DNA of 64,000 nucleotides from Flavobacterium sp. (GTDB lineage Bacteria; Bacteroidota; Bacteroidia; Flavobacteriales; Flavobacteriaceae): NCBI GenBank assembly GCA_036676965.1, contig JAKFBW010000055.1, positions 3,567 to 67,566 of the forward strand, read 5' to 3'. Shown piece by piece: positions 19,441 to 28,536 of this stretch (position 1 is its first letter; each line of letters starts with the position of its first letter). The notes under the pieces were generated by a model. It saw only the letters and a program-made list of their open reading frames with translations, ran no database searches and was not told where the DNA came from. The position numbers and the translations under genes were made by a program.

Positions 19441-19686
19441 ATGACAACTCAAAATGAATTAAAAAAAGAAATTTTAGCTAAATGCAACGAATTAGAATTA
19501 AGCAAATCTATTAAAGATGTTAGGAAACTTAAGTACGACATCTTAAATTTGGCTTATCAAAAAATAAATACTATAGTTTTAAACAAGTGGCAATATTATG
19601 TAAACATTAGGATTCATGAATTAGAAAACAATCTGAATCTCTCCATTGACGATAAAATCCTATGGTTACATAACGAAATTGAATGA
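19441..19686 (+). CDS. Small hypothetical protein, AT-rich
   Basis: 81-aa ORF with ATG in an A-rich context; predicted helical; inside the island. Confidence 0.55.
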   Translation: MTTQNELKKEILAKCNELELSKSIKDVRKLKYDILNLAYQKINTIVLNKWQYYVNIRIHELENNLNLSIDDKILWLHNEIE

Positions 19687-19703
19687 TTTATTAATCAAAT
19701 AAA

Positions 19704-19745
19704 AAACCGCAAATTCGCAGATTTTAATCTATGAATTTGCGGTTT
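19704..19745. terminator. AAACCGCAAATTC...GAATTTGCGGTTT palindrome between convergent island genes
   Basis: Third variant of the AACCGCAGATTCGCAGAT palindrome; A/T tracts on both sides. Confidence 0.65.
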
Positions 19746-19815
19746 TATTTTTTATGGATGAACTTATGTTACTGCGCTAACGATTGTGGTAAATATGAGC
19801 GGTTGGGTCAAACCA

Positions 19816-21114
19816 TTATTTTTTTGCAAGTTTCCAATAGTTAGATTCAAAATGCCCTCTAACCTTACCAACTTTATTGTTAACAATAAAATCAAATAGC
19901 TCCTTTTGTTTAGGAAGCATAGTTTTATCCTTAATCAAATCTAGAATCTCATATAATCTATTTGCAGCTGATAAATTAGATAGCTTTCTAGATATTTCGA
20001 TATCACTTTCTAAAAGTTTAAATAAAGTTCTTATTCCTGTTTGAGATAAATCAGATATCATTTGTGTATTATACTGCTGTGCATCTCTTGCAATTCCATA
20101 ACCGTTTCCAAGAAAAGAAACCATTACTGCTTTAACATAAGTATGCATTGATGATAAAGGAACATTTTGTCCTAAACTTACTAAATCTCTAGCATAAGCT
20201 GGTTCGTGATGAAAATTGTCCCAACCATAATGAGCATCAAGTAATGCTTGTGAATGTTTTTTAAATATGATTTCTTTAAATGAATCTGGTATGTACTCAA
20301 CACCATTAACAAGTTTAAGAAACTCTAAAGCTTCACTTGCAGCATCTTTTCCTTTGATATCTCTTAATGATGAGAACTTTGAAGCAATATTACTTCTAAT
20401 ATCATCCGACACCAACTCCCATAAGTTTGGTCCAATTTGACGAATATTGTATTTTAAATTTGGGTCACAATCTTGTTTTATAAAATTGGCAAATAAATTG
20501 TGAATTATTGGTCCATGTATTTTTTCAGATTGACTTTCGATAATTGCATTTATTTCCTCTACACTTTCTAATCTCTCTAATGTTAAACTTTCAATCAAAT
20601 CTTTGATTTGAAGTCCACGAGCAGGCATGTCAAAAGTTAGGACATATTTGATGCAATTTTTTATAAAATTATAGGTTTCAAATTTGTCAATTTCACCCAT
20701 CGGAAAATGAGCAGTACTAAAATTATTTCTAATTTCTCTACATTGTTGAAGAAAAAAATGAGCTTCATTAGGAATTATTCCTAATCCAAAGGCACCCGTA
20801 ATTAATTGATAGTCCTTAACTTCTCTTAAATCTTCTAAGATTTGTAATGGTTTACCATCCCAATTAATGGCACTCGAAAAATATTCAATTCCATAAGCGA
20901 TAATTTTTTTTTGGATATCAAACATAGCTAGATTCCAAACATAATTTATTGCAGCATCATTAAGACCTGATTCAATTGCTATTCGGGTTTTCTCTAAACT
21001 TGTTTCTAATCGATACTCTGGTCTTATTGCAAGTTTTACGTTTTCCCATCCTTCGAGAAAATTGTCAACTTTTTCAATATGCTTAAATCTATCTGGTAAT
21101 ATTAATTCTGCCAT
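19816..21114 (-). CDS. Uncharacterised 432-aa protein with a HEPN-like R-x6-H motif
   Basis: CREIRNNFSTAHFP within a helical N-terminal region; AT-rich; inside the direct-repeat-bounded island. Confidence 0.6.
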   Translation of the reverse strand: MAELILPDRFKHIEKVDNFLEGWENVKLAIRPEYRLETSLEKTRIAIESGLNDAAINYVWNLAMFDIQKKIIAYGIEYFSSAINWDGKPLQILEDLREVKDYQLITGAFGLGIIPNEAHFFLQQCREIRNNFSTAHFPMGEIDKFETYNFIKNCIKYVLTFDMPARGLQIKDLIESLTLERLESVEEINAIIESQSEKIHGPIIHNLFANFIKQDCDPNLKYNIRQIGPNLWELVSDDIRSNIASKFSSLRDIKGKDAASEALEFLKLVNGVEYIPDSFKEIIFKKHSQALLDAHYGWDNFHHEPAYARDLVSLGQNVPLSSMHTYVKAVMVSFLGNGYGIARDAQQYNTQMISDLSQTGIRTLFKLLESDIEISRKLSNLSAANRLYEILDLIKDKTMLPKQKELFDFIVNNKVGKVRGHFESNYWKLAKK

Positions 21115-21210
21115 ATATTTGTTTTAATAGTTGTCAACTCATTTACCAATTTAACAAACCTTATTTTAATTCAAATATAGAAAATAATACTTACAAAAAT
21201 GAAATAAAAA

Positions 21211-21297
21211 AACCGCAGATTCGCAGATGTAAAATATAATCTGCGAATCTGCGGTTCTATTTTTTTTTAGCTAATAGCTTATTTCACTATAACCCCG
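21211..21297 (+). repeat. Right copy of the direct repeat (palindrome plus native 3' end of the 21279-21686 gene)
   Basis: AACCGCAGATTCGCAGAT-12nt-ATCTGCGAATCTGCGGTT (perfect 18-bp arms) followed by the shared tail. Confidence 0.8.
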
Positions 21298-21686
21298 TCA
21301 ACAAATAGTAATGGCACTTCTTCCACTTCTGATTCGTTGATAGAATTGGCTTTGAAAATATATTTTTTATCATACAAGGTATTCCCGATGAAAAAGGTAA
21401 CCATAAATTCATTGTTTAGGGCCAATACACTTTTTTCGATCATTTCAATCTTTACTACTGAAACGGCAGGAACTTCCACAAAAGCGTGACGCAAAAGCGA
21501 GGTTTTTTTCATTTCGCCATCCAATGTCCCGAAAGCCTTAGAAACGACCATGACACCATCCAGTTGAAAATCGCTATCGTTAACCAGGTACACATACCAA
21601 ACTTTCTCCATAAAATCGTCGTTCCATTCTTGAACGGCGGCCAGGAAAACATTTTCTACTTCGGGGATGATGATGTCTTTTTTCAT
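21279..21686 (-). CDS. Conserved Flavobacteriaceae hypothetical protein
   Basis: MKKDIIIPEVENVFLAAV...WYVYLVNDS...KTSLLRHAF; core-like composition. Confidence 0.75.
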   Translation of the reverse strand: MKKDIIIPEVENVFLAAVQEWNDDFMEKVWYVYLVNDSDFQLDGVMVVSKAFGTLDGEMKKTSLLRHAFVEVPAVSVVKIEMIEKSVLALNNEFMVTFFIGNTLYDKKYIFKANSINESEVEEVPLLFVDGVIVK

Positions 21687-21699
21687 ATATTGTGTGAAT

Positions 21700-21764
21700 A
21701 GTCCTTATACTAGTCCTTAGTCCCTAGTCCTTAGCGAAAAGAGTTTCACTAGGGACTAAGGACT
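21700..21764. repeat. 7-bp-periodic inverted array (AGTCCTT / AAGGACT)
   Basis: AGTCCTT...AGTCCTT AGTCCCT AGTCCTT ... CACTAGGGACTAAGGACT. Confidence 0.8.
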
Positions 21765-21772
21765 TTTAAAAA

Positions 21773-22792
21773 TTAAATACTGGCTTTGAATTGCTCCAGA
21801 AAACGCACATCGTTTTCGTAAAACATACGGATATCGCCTATTTGATAGTTCAGCATGGCGATTCTTTCGACTCCCATTCCAAAAGCAAATCCGGTGTATT
21901 CGTCGGGATTGATATTACAGTTTTTCAATACGTTGGGATCCACCATTCCGCAACCACCAATTTCCAGCCAACCGGTTCCTTTGGTAATTCTATAATCGGT
22001 TTCGGTTTTCAATCCCCAATAAATATCAATCTCGGCACTTGGCTCCGTAAATGGGAAATACGACGGACGCAAACGGATTTTTGACTTCCCGAACATTTCC
22101 TTCGTGAAGTACAAAAGCGTTTGTTTCAAGTCGGCAAAAGAAACATCCTTGTCAATATACAAACCTTCCACCTGATGGAAAATACAGTGCGAACGGGACG
22201 AAACAGCCTCGTTACGGAACACCCTTCCCGGAGAAATAGTACGGATAGGCGGTTTGTTGTTTTCCATATAACGCACCTGCACTGATGAAGTGTGGGTACG
22301 CAATAAAATATCGGGATTGGTCTGAATGAAAAACGTATCCTGCATATCCCGTGCCGGATGGTATTCGGGCAGGTTTAATGCGGTGAAATTATGCCAGTCG
22401 TCCTCAATTTCCGGACCTTCGGAAACATTGAAGCCAATGGTGGAAAAAATATCGATGATTTGGTTTTTTACCAATGAAATAGGATGACGGGAACCGATAG
22501 TGACAGGCTCGCCGGAACGGGTCAAATCGCCATAAAACCCTTTGGATTCTTCTTTACTCTCTAAAGCTTCCTGGGTGGTTTTCACCTTTTCTTCCGCAGT
22601 AGTTTTCAACAGGTTGATTACTTGTCCGAATTCCTTTTTTTGTTCGTTAGGCACATTTTTAAACTCGGCGAAAAACTCTTTTAAAAGCCCTTTGCTTCCT
22701 AAAAATTTAATTCTAAATGCTTCTAACGCTGTGGTATCCTGTGTTGAGAAAGCTTCTGCTTCGCCAATATATTCTTTTATCTTATCTATCAT
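21773..22792 (-). CDS. pheS: Phenylalanine--tRNA ligase alpha subunit
   Basis: HPARDMQDTF, LLRTHTSSVQ, PGRVFRNE, FHQVEGL, RPSYFPFTEPSAE, GFAFGMGVER; TAAATTTG box at 22814-22821 (-). Confidence 0.97.
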   Translation of the reverse strand: MIDKIKEYIGEAEAFSTQDTTALEAFRIKFLGSKGLLKEFFAEFKNVPNEQKKEFGQVINLLKTTAEEKVKTTQEALESKEESKGFYGDLTRSGEPVTIGSRHPISLVKNQIIDIFSTIGFNVSEGPEIEDDWHNFTALNLPEYHPARDMQDTFFIQTNPDILLRTHTSSVQVRYMENNKPPIRTISPGRVFRNEAVSSRSHCIFHQVEGLYIDKDVSFADLKQTLLYFTKEMFGKSKIRLRPSYFPFTEPSAEIDIYWGLKTETDYRITKGTGWLEIGGCGMVDPNVLKNCNINPDEYTGFAFGMGVERIAMLNYQIGDIRMFYENDVRFLEQFKASI

Positions 22793-22826
22793 TTTCATCC
22801 AATAATTGAGGGGCAAATTTAGGAAA

Positions 22827-22886
22827 AAGTTAGAAGTTAGCCGTTAGAAGTTAGAAGTATTTCTAAACTTCCCGCCAAAATCTAAA
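22827..22886. repeat. 7-bp-periodic inverted array, TTAGAAG family
   Basis: GTTAGAAGTTAGCCGTTAGAAGTTAGAAG ... TTCTAAAC ... ATCTAAA. Confidence 0.65.
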
Positions 22887-22890
22887 ATCA

Positions 22891-23247
22891 TCAATCAATC
22901 AGTTCTCGTTCGAGAAAATAATTGACAATGGCTTCTTTCATCAAAACCGTTTGTTCGCCTGCTTTTAGTGGTGGTAATTCTTCTTTTACGCTATAATGCG
23001 GCCAGCCTTCCTCATCGAAAAACTCGAATTCATAAAAGCCATACGGCTCCAATAATCGACAGATGGCAATGTGCATCAGGTTCAGTTTTTCGTCTTTTTT
23101 GTATTCGCGATGCACTTTTCCCAGTTCCTGCACCCCGATTAAATAAATAATGGCATCTAAATCTAAATCTTCGCCTTGTGAAAATTGATCTGAAAGTATC
23201 GTAACAAGCCGTTCCCAGCGTTCTTTAAGTTGTGTGTCTCTTGACAT
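22891..23247 (-). CDS. Conserved Bacteroidetes hypothetical protein
   Basis: LDAIIYLIGVQELG...KLNLMHIAICRLLEPYGFY...GWPHY. Confidence 0.8.
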   Translation of the reverse strand: MSRDTQLKERWERLVTILSDQFSQGEDLDLDAIIYLIGVQELGKVHREYKKDEKLNLMHIAICRLLEPYGFYEFEFFDEEGWPHYSVKEELPPLKAGEQTVLMKEAIVNYFLERELID

Positions 23248-23255
23248 ATTTTGAA

Positions 23256-23312
23256 AGTTAGACATTAGAAGTTAGAGGTTAGAGTTCAAAATTCTGATTT
23301 CTAACTTCTAAA
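23256..23312. repeat. 7-bp-periodic inverted array, TTAGAAG family
   Basis: GTTAGACATTAGAAGTTAGAGGTTAGAG ... TTTCTAACTTCTAA. Confidence 0.7.
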
Positions 23313-23402
23313 ATTAGATGGCAAAGATAGGAACTTGAAAATTGGCAATCAGTACCGAACAATTCTTTTATATTTGCACTTTTTATTTTAAACGCAAACA
23401 TT

Positions 23403-23906
23403 ATGGGTTTTTTGGATATTATTTTAGGCGGATTGCTGGGATATTCTTTTTATAAAGGCCTACGAAACGGACTTTTTGTTGAACTGGCTTCCTTAGTTTC
23501 ACTCTTGGCAGGGGTTTATTTTGCCGTAAAATTTTCTTCTTTGATGAAAGGGCTTTTGTCTGGGTTTTTACATTGGAATCCGCACACGATACAGGTAATC
23601 GCTTTTATCCTGACTTTTGTCGTGGTGATTGTCGCTATCTCCTTTTTGGGAAAATTTCTAACCAAAATGGCTGATTTTGCCTATCTGGGATTGCCCAACC
23701 AACTGGGTGGCGGTTTTTTCAGAACCTTAAAAATTGTGCTGATTCTGGGTGTTGTTTTCAATCTTTTCGGAAAAATAAACTACAACAACTTTTTGGCCAA
23801 AAAAGAAACGTTGGACAACTCCTTATTCTACAACCCGATTCAGAAAACAGCCGGATTTCTCTATCCTTCCATAGGGGAATGGTATACGAATTTGAAAAAG
23901 AAGTAA
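23403..23906 (+). CDS. CvpA (colicin V production) family membrane protein
   Basis: FLDIILG...YKGLRNGLFVELASL...NQLGGGFF; TATATTTG box at 23369. Confidence 0.88.
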   Translation: MGFLDIILGGLLGYSFYKGLRNGLFVELASLVSLLAGVYFAVKFSSLMKGLLSGFLHWNPHTIQVIAFILTFVVVIVAISFLGKFLTKMADFAYLGLPNQLGGGFFRTLKIVLILGVVFNLFGKINYNNFLAKKETLDNSLFYNPIQKTAGFLYPSIGEWYTNLKKK

Positions 23907-23972
23907 TCAGGTAGCAGACTGTAGATTTCAAATAGCAGTGTACACTGAATACTGCAACCTGAAATCTTCAGT

Positions 23973-24716
23973 CTATTTAACTTCCTTTATAGCGTTAGCA
24001 TCAATCCAACCTTCGGTTCCATCCGTTAATTGGACTTTCTTCCAGTTTTCTAATTTTTCCTGTACAAAAACTTTCGTTCCTTCGTGCAGCACAAAAATAG
24101 GAGTTCCCGCATTTTGTGGTTCACTTTTCACCTCGGCGACCTCAGCAAAAACGATGGCAGGTTTTTCATTATCAAAATGACTTTTCTCAAAAATAGCTGC
24201 TGCAACACTTATAAGAAGCAAAGAGAGCAGGACAAACATACCGAAGAAAAATATTCTTTTATTCAATGCTATTTGAGAAAAATAATAACCCACAAAAAAG
24301 CCTAAAAACAACACTGAAAAAGCTACCGAAATCCAAGCCCAGGTATTGTAATTATAAATTGCCGTAAAATCCCGAAGCAATTTATTGAAACCTACTTTGG
24401 GAACTTCTTTGATCTCGTCTATGGTTCTTTTTTTGGCAAATTCTAAATTATTCAGCACTTCTTTATCATTGGGATTCAGCACCAGTGCTTTCTCATAATA
24501 ATAAATGGTTAGTGCCACTTTATCGAGCTTGTAATAGGAATTTCCCAAATTGAAATACAGTTCCGCTGATTCCTGACCGGCGTCTAAAACACTTTTATAA
24601 GCCTGAACCGCCGCTTCATATTTTCTGTTTTTGTAGTGCTCATTCCCTTTTTCAAAGCCATCCTGGGCAAAGAAAACTTGGGTTAGCAAAAGGAATATAT
24701 AAACTATGTTTTTCAT
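23973..24716 (-). CDS. batE: BatE-like TPR + SH3 protein
   Basis: TPR LYFNLGNSYYKL; C-terminal LHEGTKV...W.KVQL.DGTEGW; last gene of the bat operon. Confidence 0.85.
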   Translation of the reverse strand: MKNIVYIFLLLTQVFFAQDGFEKGNEHYKNRKYEAAVQAYKSVLDAGQESAELYFNLGNSYYKLDKVALTIYYYEKALVLNPNDKEVLNNLEFAKKRTIDEIKEVPKVGFNKLLRDFTAIYNYNTWAWISVAFSVLFLGFFVGYYFSQIALNKRIFFFGMFVLLSLLLISVAAAIFEKSHFDNEKPAIVFAEVAEVKSEPQNAGTPIFVLHEGTKVFVQEKLENWKKVQLTDGTEGWIDANAIKEVK

Positions 24717-24833
24717 ATATGTAAAAGTTATTTTTTAGCGGTCATATATGTTATCGCCTTTTTATTTATTGGTGTTTGCTTGCGCAAACTTGTTGTTAAT
24801 GGCGATTTCATTTTATCAATGGTAAAATAATCA

Positions 24834-26585
24834 TTAAATCTGTTTTTCCAACTCAGCAATAATCAGGACAGCTTTGTCATAATCGTTTTGGATAGCTGCA
24901 CTTGATGAAGGCGCATATCGGGCCACTTCGCAATTTTCTGTCAGTGCAATAAAATCCGTTACTGTCTCTAGTTTTGCATTTCTGTTTAACAGCAACTCCT
25001 TTATGTTTTCTTTGCTCATTTCAGAGGTTTCGATATGCAATTTGGCCTTTAAGAAATTATGCATCGCTTTTTCCAATGCCACATAAAACGGTTCTTTGTT
25101 GTTGATTTGTTTTTTAGCTTCCGATAAATATTTCTTAGCCAACCTATTGTTGTTTCTAATCCTGTTTCCTGTTACATCGCTATCAATCGCTTCTTTTTTC
25201 TTTTTAAACAATACAATCAATGGTATCATTAAAAAAGGCAACAACAACAAGGTGTAAAATCGTTGCGAACCAAAGAAATCATCTTTCTCCGTTGGCCTCA
25301 AATTTGTATCCAATGCGATAAACTTGAATTGTGCCGTACTGAAAATCACATTCTTTTTACTTCCTCCATTAGACGCAACTGCAGGCTCACTTGCCGTTGG
25401 GCCATCCAAAACATTAATCATTATTTCCTCTGAAGTAATCGTTTTATAGGTTCCGGAACCCAAATCAAAATACGAAAACTGCATCGGTTTAATCGGATAA
25501 TCCCCTTTGAATTGTGGAATAATGGTATAACTGTCGGATATTTTTCCTGTCATCCCGGCCAGCGAGGTGTTTACACGTTCATTGTGAACCGGATCATACA
25601 TCTCTAAAGCATTAGGGACAACCGGTTTGGGCAAATTGAATAATTTCATATTTCCTTTACCGCTAACACTTACCACTAATTCCAGACTTTCCCCGTTTTT
25701 AAGATCCGTTTTGGAAGGTCTGACCTTAAAATCAAAATTCCCAACCGCTCCCGAAAAATCGGCAGGTTTACCCGTTTCCGGAAGTGCTTTAACCGATATC
25801 GTTTTGGTTCCCGCGGAAACTCTTTTGCTGTCTTCTTTTATCAGCATCTGCCCAAACATATTTCTGCGATTCGTTGGCAATTGAACATCAATGTCCAAAG
25901 ACAGGGGTTCTATGTTTAGTTTGCCTGATTTTTGCGGATACAAAACGGTTTTTCTTAAAACTACATAACGGTATTTTTCGCCTTTAAACATTCCTTCTTC
26001 GGGAACCAATTGTTTGATATCAATGTTCTGACTCCAAAAATCGTTGTACTTTGGTTTATTCAGTTCTCTCCAATTGGTTATCCCGATATTGTAACTGAAA
26101 TACAATTTATAAACCACTGTAATGGGTTCGTTGATATACGGATTGGTCTTGGAAATATCAGCAACCAGATACAGGTTATTATCTGCCGAAATACTGATAT
26201 CATTCGGATCTTTTGGTTGCTCTGTCGCTGCAGTAACCGTTACTTTTATCGGCGAGGTTTTATAAATCCTGCCTTCATATTCTATGGTAGCCTGTTTAAT
26301 GGTCAGATTCCCTTTTTGGTTCGGCAAAAGATAATAGGAATAGACTTTTTCAAAAGAACTTCTTCCATTTATCCAGGACTGGCTCACCTGCTGGCTTGGT
26401 CCCGCAATAACCCTGAATCCCTCAAAAGACGGTTCATTAAAATTATCCCCATCAATATTCATAACAAAATCGATACGCAAGCGTTCGTTAAGTCCAAGCG
26501 TATTTTTACTGACCTTAGCCTCAAATTGCACCTGAGCCCAAAGTCCTTGAAAACTTAATACCAGTAAAATTAAATATCTTTTCAT
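24834..26585 (-). CDS. batD: BatD family protein
   Basis: F.GFRVIAGPSQ, LYPQKSGKLNIEP, FSGAVGNF, SVSGKGN; operon position. Confidence 0.88.
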   Translation of the reverse strand: MKRYLILLVLSFQGLWAQVQFEAKVSKNTLGLNERLRIDFVMNIDGDNFNEPSFEGFRVIAGPSQQVSQSWINGRSSFEKVYSYYLLPNQKGNLTIKQATIEYEGRIYKTSPIKVTVTAATEQPKDPNDISISADNNLYLVADISKTNPYINEPITVVYKLYFSYNIGITNWRELNKPKYNDFWSQNIDIKQLVPEEGMFKGEKYRYVVLRKTVLYPQKSGKLNIEPLSLDIDVQLPTNRRNMFGQMLIKEDSKRVSAGTKTISVKALPETGKPADFSGAVGNFDFKVRPSKTDLKNGESLELVVSVSGKGNMKLFNLPKPVVPNALEMYDPVHNERVNTSLAGMTGKISDSYTIIPQFKGDYPIKPMQFSYFDLGSGTYKTITSEEIMINVLDGPTASEPAVASNGGSKKNVIFSTAQFKFIALDTNLRPTEKDDFFGSQRFYTLLLLPFLMIPLIVLFKKKKEAIDSDVTGNRIRNNNRLAKKYLSEAKKQINNKEPFYVALEKAMHNFLKAKLHIETSEMSKENIKELLLNRNAKLETVTDFIALTENCEVARYAPSSSAAIQNDYDKAVLIIAELEKQI

Positions 26586-26672
26586 CGTATTATTTAATCC
26601 TTATCGATTCCTTTCGGATTTATTAATTTTTTGAAATTTCGTTCTGAAACTCTTTGTATATTAAAATTCACA

Positions 26673-27437
26673 CTACCAGTCTTTCTCTGTTTGTACCGGT
26701 CTTCCGCCTTTTTCTTTTTTGGCATTTACTTTGTCCTGTACTTTCTTTTCTTCATTATTAACGGCATCCAAAAGACTTTCTAATCGCTGTTTTGAAATTC
26801 CGCTAGGATTTGGTTTGGGTTCTTCCCTTTTATCCTGTTTGTCGTCTTTCTTGTCTTTATTTCCTTTGTCGTCTTTTTTGTCCTTGTCTTTATCCTTATC
26901 CTTTTTATCGTCTTTCTTGTCTTTATCTCCTTTATCGTCTTTTTTATCCTTGTCTTTCTTGTCCTTATTTTTATTCTTGTCGTCTTTCGGCGGATTCTCT
27001 TTCAGCATTTTTTTGGCCAAGGCATAATTATACCGCGTTTCCTCATCTTCCGGATTATTACGCAAGGCATTTTTATAGGCTTCTACGGCCTGGCTATAAT
27101 TTTTCTCTTTCATATAAACATTCCCCAAATTATGAAACACTTTGTGTTTTTGGGATCTCGAACTATTATTTGCAATCGCTTTTACGTAAGCATTTTTGGC
27201 TTCTGCAACTTGATTTTGTCGGTATATCGCATTTCCTAAATTATAGGACGCCACTGTTTTCTTAGGGAATTTAGAACCTGAAATCCTGTAATTGGCCTCG
27301 GCATCAACAAACTTACTTTGGGCATATTCTTCGTTTGCTTTGGGTAATGTTTTGTCTTTTTCCTGTGCAAATACTCCAAACTGTCCCAAAAAAAGAAACA
27401 GCATAAAGGCAAATAAATATTTTTTAAAATTTTTCAT
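26673..27437 (-). CDS. batC: BatC-like TPR protein with a K/D low-complexity linker
   Basis: YNLGNAIY, FHNLGNVY, YKNALRNNP.DEETRYNY; KDKKDD repeats. Confidence 0.85.
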   Translation of the reverse strand: MKNFKKYLFAFMLFLFLGQFGVFAQEKDKTLPKANEEYAQSKFVDAEANYRISGSKFPKKTVASYNLGNAIYRQNQVAEAKNAYVKAIANNSSRSQKHKVFHNLGNVYMKEKNYSQAVEAYKNALRNNPEDEETRYNYALAKKMLKENPPKDDKNKNKDKKDKDKKDDKGDKDKKDDKKDKDKDKDKKDDKGNKDKKDDKQDKREEPKPNPSGISKQRLESLLDAVNNEEKKVQDKVNAKKEKGGRPVQTEKDW

Positions 27438-27489
27438 TTTTATGTTATTATGTTCATCCTTAAAAGCTAAAACTTAAAAGAATTGACAT

Positions 27490-28524
27490 TTACTTTTCAT
27501 CATTAAATAAATTTAATCGCTTCACCCAACTGGTCTTTCTTTCCAAAAGGAATAAATCTAAAAACAACAATACAAAAGCAAAACCAAGAAACCACTGGAA
27601 CTGCGATTGGAAATCGGCCATCTGTGTGGCTTCAAATTCTGTTTTTTGAATGGTATCCAAGGTTTTCTTGATATAATCTAAAACTTCCTTGGTATTGTTT
27701 CCGTTTACGTAACCTCCCTTGGTTGCTTTGGCGATGGTTTCTAAACTAACGGGATTCAGTTTGGTAATCACCACCTCATTATTATTGTCTCTCTTATAAC
27801 TTTCTACAATACCATTTCTTCTCAAAGGAATGGTTCCTCCTTTTTCTGTTCCAATTCCAATGGTGACGATTCGCATTCCCATTTTATTCGCTTCTTCCGC
27901 TGCCGCTTCTGCACCTTCTGAATGATCTTCCCCGTCAGAGATTAAAATCAATAACTTACTGGTTTTGCTTTTATCATCAAAATAGGTTCCCGATAAGCGA
28001 ATAGCCTCATCCAATGAAGTCCCTTGGGAAGAAACGATATCGGTGTTCATACTTTGCAAAAACATCTTGGCCACACTATAATCTGACGTTATAGGCAAGA
28101 CCGGAAAGGCACTTCCGGCATAAGCCACAATCCCTATTCGGTCACTTCCCAACTGATTGATGATTTGGGAAACAATTTGCTTGCTTTTTTCCAATCGGCT
28201 CGGGGCAACGTCTTCTGCCAGCATACTTTTGGAGACATCCATTGCAAAAACAATATCTATCCCCTCGCGTTTTACCGTTTCCATTTTAGTCCCGATTTTA
28301 GGGTTTACCAAACCTAAAATCAATCCCACCAAAGCCAGAAGAATGATAACCAATTTAAAAACAGGTTTAAAAACAGAGCGATCCGGACTCAATCGCTTGA
28401 TCAATTCCAAATCCCCAAATTCCTTTTGTTTTCTTTTTTTCCAATATAAATTGAAAAGAAAAAGCAATACTACTAGCGGTAGTATAAAAAGGAGGTATAA
28501 ATATTTTTTTTCGTCTAATTCCAT
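27490..28524 (-). CDS. batB: BatB vWA-domain protein
   Basis: DVSKSM MIDAS motif, RLEKSK, LISDGEDH. Confidence 0.88.
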   Translation of the reverse strand: MELDEKKYLYLLFILPLVVLLFLFNLYWKKRKQKEFGDLELIKRLSPDRSVFKPVFKLVIILLALVGLILGLVNPKIGTKMETVKREGIDIVFAMDVSKSMLAEDVAPSRLEKSKQIVSQIINQLGSDRIGIVAYAGSAFPVLPITSDYSVAKMFLQSMNTDIVSSQGTSLDEAIRLSGTYFDDKSKTSKLLILISDGEDHSEGAEAAAEEANKMGMRIVTIGIGTEKGGTIPLRRNGIVESYKRDNNNEVVITKLNPVSLETIAKATKGGYVNGNNTKEVLDYIKKTLDTIQKTEFEATQMADFQSQFQWFLGFAFVLLFLDLFLLERKTSWVKRLNLFNDEK

Positions 28525-28536
28525 ACTATCTTTTTT

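Noticed and set aside
9715-21764. Heptamer arrays as CRISPR
   Set aside because: Units are 7 bp, degenerate and inverted, with no 25-45 bp repeats, unique spacers or cas genes.
26719-27265. Plus-strand Ser/Leu-rich and Cys-rich ORFs
   Set aside because: Antisense products of the batC K/D repeat.
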